A stretch of DNA of 47,250 nt from Dehalococcoidia bacterium (GCA_036564075.1 DATCLE010000165.1:1-47250), one strand, 5' to 3'; counted from the first letter of the stretch, positions 36,722 to 44,335 are shown. The notes: generated by a model not told the origin, from the sequence alone. Made by a program: numbers and translations.

Positions 36722-37042
36722 TCACGCCCGTGCCCGCCTCGCGCCGCCCTGCACCGGCGCGCCGGACGCGGCGCAGCGGCTGAGGATGCGGAACACCGTC
36801 CGGCGCGAGAGCCCGAACCGCGCCGCGATCTCGTTCACCGGCACCCGCTCCTGGAGCCGCAGCCGGACCACCTCCGCGTCCCGCGCCTCGTTCAGGATCT
36901 GGCGCAGGCCGCCCGGCACATCGTAGCGGCACTGGGGCAGCGGGCACCGCAGGCAGGACGGCGAGACCTCGCAGCCCACGTCGCGGTACTCCTGGTGTTC
37001 CGGCAGACCGTCCTCGCAGATCTCTCCACGCACCCGTCTCAT
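36722..37042 (-). CDS. Cys-rich N-terminus + helix-turn-helix protein (function unknown)
   Basis: 106 aa with C9-x14-C24-x5-C30-x2-C33-x4-C38, then VPVNEIAARFGLSRRTVFRIL (sigma-r4/Hin-like HTH). It lies between TerL and portal. Confidence 0.55.
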   Translation of the reverse strand: MRRVRGEICEDGLPEHQEYRDVGCEVSPSCLRCPLPQCRYDVPGGLRQILNEARDAEVVRLRLQERVPVNEIAARFGLSRRTVFRILSRCAASGAPVQGGARRARA

Positions 37043-37045
37043 GGC

Positions 37046-38419
37046 TCATCGCTCCCGCAACCTTCCTCTGGCGGCCCTGGGCAGCAGTCCCGCCGCGGCC
37101 TCCACCGTCAGCGCCAGGCTCATGAGGTAGTCGTCGTGCCCCTCGGCCGGGTCCACGAAGAAGCTCATGGTCCGGTTGGGACGGTAGATGGCCCGGGCCA
37201 GCTCCAGTTCCCGCCGGCACTCCGCGTACTCCGCCGACCCGTCCGCGGCGTGGAGCCGTAGCTGGCCCCCGTTCACGGCGGCCAGCAGGGCGAAGCCCAG
37301 GCGGGACTTGCTCTCCGCCGTGAACCGGTAGGGGCGGACGGCCGCCTCGCCCAGCGTCCCCGTGAGGAGGCGCGCCACCGTCTCACCCAGGCCCGTGGCG
37401 TCCACCGCCACCCGCCGGACCGCCCACGTCCGGCGCAGCAGCGCCGCAACCTGCGCCACCAGCGCGTCGTGGGGTTCGCCGCGCCAGCGGTAGAGGGCCA
37501 CCACCTCCAGCGCCGGCTCCCGCACCACCTCGCCCGCCGGCGGGAAGGCTGCGCGGGCCACCGTGAGCACTGTGGCGTCGTGGCGGGCTGCCGCGGCCCC
37601 GTCCGCCGCCTCTCCCGCCACGTCCAGCCCCGCCACGTACGTCTCCCCCGGCCGGGCGCCCGCCTGGCGCGGATGCCGCCCCAGCAGCAGCGAGAGCTGC
37701 GCCGGGGAGAGCAGCCGGCCCCCGCCGGCCAGCGGCCGGAGGCAGTACTGCGTCTGGAACAGGGGGTGGGCCTCCCCAAGCCGCTCCCGCTCCGCGGCCA
37801 CGTAGGCGGCGTAGCTGGGGTTGTGCCGCGCCACCTCCTCCCAGCCGATCTGGAAGTGACGCCGCACCCCGTCCCGGCGCTCCTGCGCCAGGTGGTGCTG
37901 GCGCATCCGCTCCAGCAGCGACGACTCTTCCCACGCCGTGCCGTAGAAGACCACGGTGGCGTTGCGGGCCGCCGCCATGGGCCGGAAGTCCCTATCGAAC
38001 TTCTCCGGGTCCACGTCCTGCGCCTCGTCCACCTCCAGCAGCGTGTCCGCCGTGTGGCCCACCACGTTGCTGGCGGGCTCCGCGGAGAGGAAGACCTGCC
38101 GCGCCCGCACCAGCCGGACCACGTGACCCGCCTCCACCCGGTACACGCGGCCGAAGCCGCACTGCTCCAGCCGGTCCCGCAGCCGCCGCAGGCTGATGCG
38201 CGCCTGGGGCGAAAGGGTGGGAGCCGCCTTCACCGCGTCGCCGCCGTGGAAGGCGTTGGCCGCCAGCAGCAGCGCCTCCAGCTGCGCCGAAAGCTCGTTC
38301 TTCCCGCCCTGCCGCGCAATCTGCACGGAGAAGCTCAACCCCCGCCGGTTCCGCACGCTGTCCAGCACCGCCCGCACCACCTGCCGTTGGTAGGGCCGCA
38401 GCGGCGGCATCCCCTCCAT
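37046..38419 (-). CDS. phage terminase large subunit
   Basis: 457 aa with LRPYQRQVVRAV, Walker A-like ARQGGKNE and Walker B LLEVDEAQD. The C-terminal nuclease-like half includes YVAGLDVAGE and HDDYLMSLAL. Confidence 0.8.
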   Translation of the reverse strand: MEGMPPLRPYQRQVVRAVLDSVRNRRGLSFSVQIARQGGKNELSAQLEALLLAANAFHGGDAVKAAPTLSPQARISLRRLRDRLEQCGFGRVYRVEAGHVVRLVRARQVFLSAEPASNVVGHTADTLLEVDEAQDVDPEKFDRDFRPMAAARNATVVFYGTAWEESSLLERMRQHHLAQERRDGVRRHFQIGWEEVARHNPSYAAYVAAERERLGEAHPLFQTQYCLRPLAGGGRLLSPAQLSLLLGRHPRQAGARPGETYVAGLDVAGEAADGAAAARHDATVLTVARAAFPPAGEVVREPALEVVALYRWRGEPHDALVAQVAALLRRTWAVRRVAVDATGLGETVARLLTGTLGEAAVRPYRFTAESKSRLGFALLAAVNGGQLRLHAADGSAEYAECRRELELARAIYRPNRTMSFFVDPAEGHDDYLMSLALTVEAAAGLLPRAARGRLRER

Positions 38420-38428
38420 GCCCGGCCC

Positions 38429-38635
38429 TCACTCCATCACCTTCAGGACCACCTGCGTCGCCACGGCGCCGGCGATGACGAAGATCAGCCCGTTCACGCG
38501 GGCCTTGATCTCCTGCACCTGCGCCTCCAGGTGGCGCAGCCGCTCCTCCGTCACCGCGTGGAACGTCTCCTCCCGGTCCCGGGCCCGCCCGGCCCGTGCT
38601 ACCTCCCGGATCGCCGATCCCAGTTCATCCGTCAT
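38429..38635 (-). CDS. small coiled-coil protein with C-terminal TM helix (XhlA/holin-accessory-like)
   Basis: 68 aa. LRHLEAQVQEIKARVNGLIFVIAGAVATQVVL has the architecture of XhlA-type proteins. Its start overlaps the upstream gene by 11 nt. Confidence 0.5.
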   Translation of the reverse strand: MTDELGSAIREVARAGRARDREETFHAVTEERLRHLEAQVQEIKARVNGLIFVIAGAVATQVVLKVME

Positions 38636-38957
38636 GGCCGTCCTCGCCGTGCAGCAGATCGCCCATCTGGCGCAGCAGCGCCGCCGCACGCTCCCCCAGC
38701 GTCTCGCCGTCCTCCTGGGAGATGCGGTACCGTGTCCGTACCGCCCTGATGAGGAGGTCCAGGCCCCGGTACATGAGGGGTAGGTCCTCCGGGTGCTCCT
38801 GGAGCGCCGCCCAGAGCTTGGCCCGCAGCACGGCGATCTCCTGGTCCAGGCCCTCCACCTCCCGGGCCGCCGCCAGCGCCTCGCGCTCCGCCTCCGTGAG
38901 GGCCCGCTCATAGAACGCCTGCGCGCTGACCGGCCGCCGCGTCCGCTTACCGGGCAT
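38625..38957 (-). CDS. hypothetical helical protein with basic N-terminus (terminase small-subunit candidate by position)
   Basis: 110 aa starting MPGKRTRRPVSAQAFYERALTEAEREAL. It lies upstream of TerL, with 11-nt overlaps at both ends. Confidence 0.45.
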   Translation of the reverse strand: MPGKRTRRPVSAQAFYERALTEAEREALAAAREVEGLDQEIAVLRAKLWAALQEHPEDLPLMYRGLDLLIRAVRTRYRISQEDGETLGERAAALLRQMGDLLHGEDGHDG

Positions 38958-39096
38958 CGCTCTCCCCCAGCACGTCCAGCAGGTCCTGCACCGCCTCCCG
39001 GGGGAGCGCCTCCGCCGCCCGGACCACGCCCAGCAGCAGGTACAGCGCCACCACGTCCCAGGCCCGCCGCTCCAGGGCACGCGCCATGGCCGTCAT
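38947..39096 (-). CDS. hypothetical 49-aa protein with one hydrophobic helix
   Basis: Hand-translated product: MTAMARALERRAWDVVALYLLLGVVRAAEALPREAVQDLLDVLGESDAR. AGGAGGG lies 5 nt before the ATG. It is below the ORF-track size cutoff. Confidence 0.4.
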   Translation of the reverse strand: MTAMARALERRAWDVVALYLLLGVVRAAEALPREAVQDLLDVLGESDAR

Positions 39097-39106
39097 CCCC
39101 GCCCTC

Positions 39107-39400
39107 CTAGCCGCGCAGCGCCCGCCGTGCGATCATGCCCGTGGCCACCAGCGTGCCCGCCGCCACCAACCACCGGCCCGCCGACGGCAGGAGCGACGCC
39201 GCGCCCGTGGCCGGCAGCGCCGCCGCCGCCGAGGCCGATTGCAGCGCGATGCCGCAGAACAGGAGCGCCAGCACGCCCGCTGCCAGCCGCCGTCCGCGCG
39301 TCCGGGCCCGGCTCCGGACGTACCGCGCGAAGTACCAGCCGTTGACCGCCGCACAGGCGCCCGTGACGCCAGCCAGCGCTGTGGTGAGGGGATCCGGCAT
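39107..39400 (-). CDS. small membrane protein (three hydrophobic segments, holin-like topology)
   Basis: 97 aa and the first gene after promoter P1. Hydrophobic stretches are separated by an RSRARTRGRR loop. Confidence 0.5.
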   Translation of the reverse strand: MPDPLTTALAGVTGACAAVNGWYFARYVRSRARTRGRRLAAGVLALLFCGIALQSASAAAALPATGAASLLPSAGRWLVAAGTLVATGMIARRALRG

Positions 39401-39449
39401 CTGCCCTGTCCGTCTCCATCCGTGTGCTCCCCGCGTTCAGGTGAGCCTG

Positions 39450-39479
39450 AGAGTAGAACAGATGTACTACACCTGTCAA
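39450..39479 (-). promoter_or_regulatory. promoter P1 (terminase-portal unit) with LexA/Cheo-box-like operator
   Basis: Minus strand reads TTGACA, 18-nt spacer, TACTCT. The operator TAGtAC-ATCT-GTTCTA (39454-39469) abuts the -10. Confidence 0.6.
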
Positions 39480-39494
39480 GCGACGGATGGCAAG

Positions 39495-39516
39495 GCGCAC
39501 CGGCACGCCGGTGCGC
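39495..39516 (-). terminator. stem-loop after the methyltransferase gene, insulating P1
   Basis: GCGCACCGG-cacg-CCGGTGCGC: a 22-nt near-perfect palindrome, 25 nt after the methyltransferase stop. Confidence 0.45.
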
Positions 39517-39540
39517 GCACCGGGGGCAGGGCCGGCGCCG

Positions 39541-40437
39541 CTAGGCGTCCGGCGTGGCTACGGCCCAGATGTGGTTGCTGAAGAGGCGGTCCAGGGGCGG
39601 GTAGTAGCTGAGGGGCCGGAGGAACCGCACCGTGTCCAGGAGCCGCACAGGGAGCGATGCCCGGTAGCTGCCGCGGTCGGGGTCGTGGTAGTCCATCCGG
39701 CGGATACGGAAGCCGTGCCGCCGCAGGAGGCGCCGGAGGTCCCCCGGGGAGTGCTCGTTCACGTGCATCTGGAGCTCGTACGGGGAGCGGGGCGGCTCCT
39801 GGCCCGTGGGGAACATGAGGTCCCGGAATCCGGCGCTGCGCACGCGGGCCGCGGCGGCCATGAGCTTCACCACCCGGTGCACGTGCCGGACGTAGTGCCG
39901 CCAGACGGGGCCGTAGAACAGCCCGTTGGGCGCGGTATGCACAATGAGCCGCCCCTGCGGTGCCAGTACCCGCCGGACCTCCGCCATGGCCTGGTCCAGC
40001 TCCTCCGGGTACAGGTGCTCCACCACGTCCGTCATGAACACCACGTCGAAGGCGCCGTCCGCGAACTCCAGCCGCCGCGCGTCCATCTGCCGCACGGCCA
40101 CGCGGTCGCGCAGCGCCGGTTCCAACTCAGCGACCGCTGCCGCGGCCAGCCGCACCGCCGCCTCCGCGTAGTCGATGCCGGTGGCGTGGGCGCCCAGCAG
40201 GGCGCACTGCACCAGCAGCTCGCCCCGCCCGCAGCCGATGTCCAGCACCCGCTCCCCCCGCTGCACGCGGGCCAGCGCCAGCGCGCGCCGGAGGCGGGGT
40301 GCCGGGTCGCGGCCGTGGGACGCCAGGTAGTACTGGAAGCCGTTGCAGTTGGAGAGGAAGTACTCTTCGGTGTAGGCCTCGGGCGGGACACCCGGCTCCG
40401 TCAGGTCGGCGTCGCGGGTGGGGCGGGGCGCGGTCAT
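39541..40437 (-). CDS. class I SAM-dependent methyltransferase
   Basis: Motif I VLDIGCGRGEL, then DYAEAAV and FDVVFMTDVVEHL. Start set at ATG 40437 (AAGGAGG 11 nt upstream); ATG 40485 is the alternative. Confidence 0.8.
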   Translation of the reverse strand: MTAPRPTRDADLTEPGVPPEAYTEEYFLSNCNGFQYYLASHGRDPAPRLRRALALARVQRGERVLDIGCGRGELLVQCALLGAHATGIDYAEAAVRLAAAAVAELEPALRDRVAVRQMDARRLEFADGAFDVVFMTDVVEHLYPEELDQAMAEVRRVLAPQGRLIVHTAPNGLFYGPVWRHYVRHVHRVVKLMAAAARVRSAGFRDLMFPTGQEPPRSPYELQMHVNEHSPGDLRRLLRRHGFRIRRMDYHDPDRGSYRASLPVRLLDTVRFLRPLSYYPPLDRLFSNHIWAVATPDA

Positions 40438-40596
40438 CGGGTGACGGGCCTCCTTCTTGCTCCAGGCCCTCCGCGGGCGCCTCATTCTAGCGTTTGGACG
40501 TCCGTCCGGTCAACAGCCGCGCGCCGGGACCGCCGTTTGACCGTAGGCCCCGCAGGCCGTAGCATAGCGTCTCGGCCGCCCCGGCCGGAGGCGGCC

Positions 40597-41367
40597 GTGC
40601 AGGAGATTGCCGTGAACGGTCCCCGTCCCCTGGCCGTCCTGTTCGACCTGGACGACACCATCCTGGACGATAGCAGCTCAACCGTCTCCGCCTGGCACGT
40701 TGCCTGTGCCGGTGCCGCGGCCGAGCTGCCGGGCCTCACCGCCGCCGCGCTGTACCAGGCCATCGACCGGGTCCGGACCTGGTACTGGTCGGACCCGGAG
40801 CGGCACCGGCAGGGACGGCAGGACCTCCGCGCCGCCACCCGCGCCATCGTCCGGCAGGCCATGGCAGGCCTGGGCGTGGACGCGCCGGCCCTGGCGGACG
40901 CCGTGGCGGACCGCTACCGGGACCTGCGGGAGGAGGCCCAGCGCCTCTTCCCCCGCGCCGTGGAGACGCTGGAGGCGCTGCGGGCGGAAGGCATCCGGCT
41001 GGCCCTCCTCACCAACGGCGCGGCCGCTGCCCAGCGCACCAAGATCGAGCGGTTCGACCTGGCCCGCCACTTCGACTACATCTGCATCGAAGGCGAGTTC
41101 GGCTGCGGCAAGCCGGACCTCCAGGTCTACCGGGCCGCCCTGGCGGCCCTGGGCTGCCCCGCGGAGCGGACCTGGATGGTGGGCGATAACCTGGAGTGGG
41201 ACGTGCTGGCGCCGCAGCGGCTGGGTGTGGCCGGCATCTGGCTGGACCGGGCGGGGGCCGGCCTCCCGGCGGGCCTTGCGGTCCGGCCCTCCCGGATCAT
41301 CCGTGACCTGCCGGAACTGCTTCCGGCGTCGTTCTCCCCTCATCCTCCCCCTTCCCCCGGCCGATAA
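40597..41367 (+). CDS. HAD-superfamily hydrolase (subfamily IA-like)
   Basis: Motif I LFDLDDTILD, motif II LLTNG, then GKPD and VGDNLEWDV. The start is GTG 40597 or GTG 40612. The 5' part of the 626-aa track ORF is antisense to the methyltransferase. Confidence 0.8.
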   Translation: MQEIAVNGPRPLAVLFDLDDTILDDSSSTVSAWHVACAGAAAELPGLTAAALYQAIDRVRTWYWSDPERHRQGRQDLRAATRAIVRQAMAGLGVDAPALADAVADRYRDLREEAQRLFPRAVETLEALRAEGIRLALLTNGAAAAQRTKIERFDLARHFDYICIEGEFGCGKPDLQVYRAALAALGCPAERTWMVGDNLEWDVLAPQRLGVAGIWLDRAGAGLPAGLAVRPSRIIRDLPELLPASFSPHPPPSPGR

Positions 41368-41432
41368 TCGAGACAGGGGATCTGTGCGCGGGAACCGGGC
41401 GCCGGAGCCCCGGAACGGGGGGAGGTGGGCCC

Positions 41433-42119
41433 ATGGCCCTGTGGTCCGCAGCGCGGGAGCCGGAAGGCGCGCAGCTCAGGCTTGTCCCAGGCCTGCGCGT
41501 CCTGCTGCAAACGGTAGAGGGGGACGCGCTCCGGGAGCACGCCGCCGCGGTACTGGCGGTGGAGGACGGCGCCTTCCTGGTGCCCGCGCCGGCGAAGGGC
41601 GGCCGCCCCTGGCGGAGCCCCGGCCGGCACGTGGCGGTCCACGCCTCCCAGGACGGCCGGGACTACGTCTTCGATACGGAGGTCCTGGGCCTGGCGGACG
41701 GCGCGCCGCCGCGCCTGCGCCTGGCGGTCCCCGCGCGCGTCTTCCCCTTTGAGCGGCGGGAGTACTACCGGCTGCCCAAGGTGCTGCGGCCGGCCGCCGC
41801 CGGCGTCCTGGACGCCGCGGGCAACACGGCCCGGGTCCTGGACCCCGTGGTAGTGGACATCGGCGGCGGCGGCCTCCGGTTCCTGGAGGACCGGCCGGTG
41901 CCCGCCGGCAGCACCGTCTGGCTGGAGCTGCCCCTCACCGGCCCCGCGGACGCCGTCCACGTGCAGGCGGAGGTGGTGGCGGCCCGCGGGCCGGAGCCCC
42001 ACGAACCCCGCCACAGCATGAGCGCCCGCTTCGTGGGGCTCTCCCCGGCGGACCGGCAGCGGATCCTGCGCTTCGTCTTCCAGCAGCAGGTAGAGCTACG
42101 GCGGAGCGCGTTGGGGTGA
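41433..42119 (+). CDS. PilZ-domain c-di-GMP-binding protein (YcgR-like two-domain architecture)
   Basis: 228 aa with ERREYYRL (RxxxR) and DIGGGGLRF (D/NxSxxG-type) motifs in the C-terminal half. Confidence 0.75.
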   Translation: MALWSAAREPEGAQLRLVPGLRVLLQTVEGDALREHAAAVLAVEDGAFLVPAPAKGGRPWRSPGRHVAVHASQDGRDYVFDTEVLGLADGAPPRLRLAVPARVFPFERREYYRLPKVLRPAAAGVLDAAGNTARVLDPVVVDIGGGGLRFLEDRPVPAGSTVWLELPLTGPADAVHVQAEVVAARGPEPHEPRHSMSARFVGLSPADRQRILRFVFQQQVELRRSALG

Positions 42120-42182
42120 CGGTGGCAGCGGGGCGTCCGCGGCCGTGAGGCGCCGGGGGCTGCGCGTCCCAGGGGGACGGAG

Positions 42183-42872
42183 ATGGCAGGCTGGAACATT
42201 GCGCACGACGCCCACGGGGCCCGAAGAGTCCCCTCCCCGGGCGCCAGCGTCCTGCTCCAGACCATCAGCCGTGGCGCCCTGCACCAGTGGGCCGGCACCC
42301 TGGTGGGGCTGAACGAGGACGCCCTGGTGCTGATGGTGCCGCCGGAAGCCCTGGGCGCTCTCTGGCGCGGGGCCGGGCAGGGCGTGGTGGTCACCCTCCA
42401 CGAGGGCGGCCACGAGTACGTCTTCGACAGCGTGGTCCTGGAGATCGCGGAGGCACCCCGCCCCACGGTCCGGCTCCGGGTCCCGGACCGTATCTTCCCC
42501 ATCGAGCGCCGGGAGTACTACCGGCTGACCAAACTGATCCGCCCGCGCGCCGCGGAGCTGCTGGCCGGGGAAGAGGGGGCCCGGCAGCCCCTCCGCGCCG
42601 TCATCAGCAACATCAGCGGCGGGGGGCTCCAGTTCCTGGCGCCGCAGCCCGTCTCCACGGGCAGCCTGGTCCGCATGGAGGTGCCCCTCTCCACGCTGGA
42701 CGACACGCTGGAGGTCAAGGTGCAGGTCCTGGCCGTGCGGGCCCCGGAGGAGGGACGGTCCCTCTACCGCATCAGCGGGCGGTTCCGGGACCTCCCGGAG
42801 CGCGACCGGCGCCGCCTCATGCAGTTCATCTTCCGGGAGCAGATCGAGCTCCGGCGGCGCGGGCTGGCCTAG
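42183..42872 (+). CDS. PilZ-domain c-di-GMP-binding protein, tandem paralogue
   Basis: 229 aa with IERREYYRL and NISGGGLQF. It has the same architecture and length as the preceding gene. Confidence 0.75.
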   Translation: MAGWNIAHDAHGARRVPSPGASVLLQTISRGALHQWAGTLVGLNEDALVLMVPPEALGALWRGAGQGVVVTLHEGGHEYVFDSVVLEIAEAPRPTVRLRVPDRIFPIERREYYRLTKLIRPRAAELLAGEEGARQPLRAVISNISGGGLQFLAPQPVSTGSLVRMEVPLSTLDDTLEVKVQVLAVRAPEEGRSLYRISGRFRDLPERDRRRLMQFIFREQIELRRRGLA

Positions 42873-43723
42873 CGGCCGCGGGGCGGCGCCTCCGCCCCCA
42901 GGACGAACCGCTCGATGGCTTCCGCCACGCCGTCCTCCGCGTTGGTGCCCACCACGACATCCGCGTAGCGCTTCACCAGCGCCGGTGCGTGGCCCATGGC
43001 CACCCCCAGTCCCGCGGCCTCCAGCATCTCCACGTCGTTGTAGTCGTCCCCCACCACCATCACGTCCGCCATGGTGAGCCCGTGCCGCCCTGCCAGCTCC
43101 GCCAGCGCGTTCGCCTTGGTGGCGCCGGGCCCGTACACGTGGACCTCCACGTGCGGCTCCTCACCGTGGAGCGGTACCTGAGGCGAGCACGGGAGGCGGC
43201 CGGCCACCGCGTCGTAGTAGCGGCGGGCTGTGGCGGGGTCGTCCGTCTGGGCGGAGACCAGCAGCGGGTCCTGCACCTCGTGCAGCGCGTCGAACGGGAC
43301 GCGGATGCAGAAGTGGGCGCGCGGCCCCACGTACGCCCGCACAATGGCGGAGTCGAACTCCTCCGGCCCCAGGAAGACCCGCTCACCCGCCAGCGGGTGT
43401 TCAAAGACCATGGCCTGCATCCGGTGCTCCCGCGCCAGCGCCACCAGTTCCCGGACCGTCTCCCGGGCCAGCGGCCGCTGGTGGAGGGCCTCCGCCTTCA
43501 CCGCGTCCCAGATCAGCCCGCCGTTGTACAGCACCAGCGGCACGTTGATCCCCAGCTCCGCGATGATCCGCTTCACGGACCACGCCCGCCGCCCCGTGGC
43601 CAGCGTCACGTGGCACCCCGCCCCGGCCGCCCGGGTCACCGCCTCCCGCACCCGCGGCGAGACGTGGCCCTCCGGGTTCAGCAGCGTGCCGTCGCAGTCC
43701 AGCGCCAGGAGCCGGTATCCCAT
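42869..43723 (-). CDS. Cof-type HAD-IIB family hydrolase
   Basis: LLALDCDGTLL motif I, TLATGR, and VMVVGDDYNDVEMLEAAGLGVAMGHA. Confidence 0.85.
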   Translation of the reverse strand: MGYRLLALDCDGTLLNPEGHVSPRVREAVTRAAGAGCHVTLATGRRAWSVKRIIAELGINVPLVLYNGGLIWDAVKAEALHQRPLARETVRELVALAREHRMQAMVFEHPLAGERVFLGPEEFDSAIVRAYVGPRAHFCIRVPFDALHEVQDPLLVSAQTDDPATARRYYDAVAGRLPCSPQVPLHGEEPHVEVHVYGPGATKANALAELAGRHGLTMADVMVVGDDYNDVEMLEAAGLGVAMGHAPALVKRYADVVVGTNAEDGVAEAIERFVLGAEAPPRGR

Positions 43724-43729
43724 GATCCG

Positions 43730-44332
43730 TTACGCCTCGGCCTCCCGCGGCTCCCCCAGCGGCGCGCGCTCCCGTAGCAGACGGTTGCGCGTGTGGACCT
43801 CCAGGGGGTGGAGCAGCCAGCCCCGCGCCGCCGCCTCCAGGAGCTGGCCGTCCAGGTACGCCAGCAGCGCCCCGTCCAGATCACCCTCCTCCGCCAGCCG
43901 GCGGACCTCCCCCAGCCGCTCCCGGCGCCGGAGCTTCTCCGGCTCGATCTTGTCCGCCACGAAGACCAGCTTCTCCAGCGGGGACATTTCCGGGCTGCCG
44001 GTGGTGTGGGAGCGGGCGGCGGCCAGCACCTCCGGGTCCGTCACGCCGTAGTCACGCTCCAGGAGCCGCGCGCCCACCGGGCCGTGGAGGAGCACCGGGA
44101 CCGCCCGGTCCACCTCGTCCGTGGGGACCGCCAGCTCGCGGGCCAGGCGGAGCAACTCCGCCGGCGGCAGGGCCCGCGCCACGTCGTGCGCCTGCGCCGC
44201 CAGCGCCGCCCGTTCCGGGTCGATGCCGTACCGGGGCGCCAGCCGGCGCGCCTCCGCCACCACGCGGTCGATGTGTTCCAGGAGTCCGGCGGGGAGGTGG
44301 CCCATGCGGGCGCGCAGGGCCGCCGCGTCCAT
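43730..44332 (-). CDS. yqeK: HD-domain bis(5'-nucleosyl)-tetraphosphatase (symmetrical), YqeK-like
   Basis: Motifs HIDRVV, AAQAHDVAR, LLHGPVGA, SHTTG and VFVADKIEP match the YqeK pattern. Confidence 0.75.
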   Translation of the reverse strand: MDAAALRARMGHLPAGLLEHIDRVVAEARRLAPRYGIDPERAALAAQAHDVARALPPAELLRLARELAVPTDEVDRAVPVLLHGPVGARLLERDYGVTDPEVLAAARSHTTGSPEMSPLEKLVFVADKIEPEKLRRRERLGEVRRLAEEGDLDGALLAYLDGQLLEAAARGWLLHPLEVHTRNRLLRERAPLGEPREAEA

Positions 44333-44335
44333 CCG

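Larger units (their letters stand above)
26068..39479 (-). mobile_element. phage-derived (podovirus-like) packaging/head/tail gene cluster, split by cellular genes; no integrase or att sites seen
   Basis: The cluster contains TerL, portal, a scaffold-like protein, a major capsid protein, an adaptor-like protein and tail-like ORFs, all on the minus strand in canonical order. Three promoters of the same design drive them. See individual entries. Confidence 0.7.

Noticed and set aside
39811-39822. GAAC-ATGA-GGTC, a one-mismatch LexA-like box
   Set aside because: It lies deep inside the methyltransferase CDS with no promoter context.
39487-40596. N-terminal 370 codons of the 626-aa plus-strand ORF that ends as the HAD hydrolase
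   Set aside because: This part is antisense to the SAM-methyltransferase gene and is low complexity. The HAD motif I (DLDDT) starts right after GTG 40597/40612, which have SD sequences.
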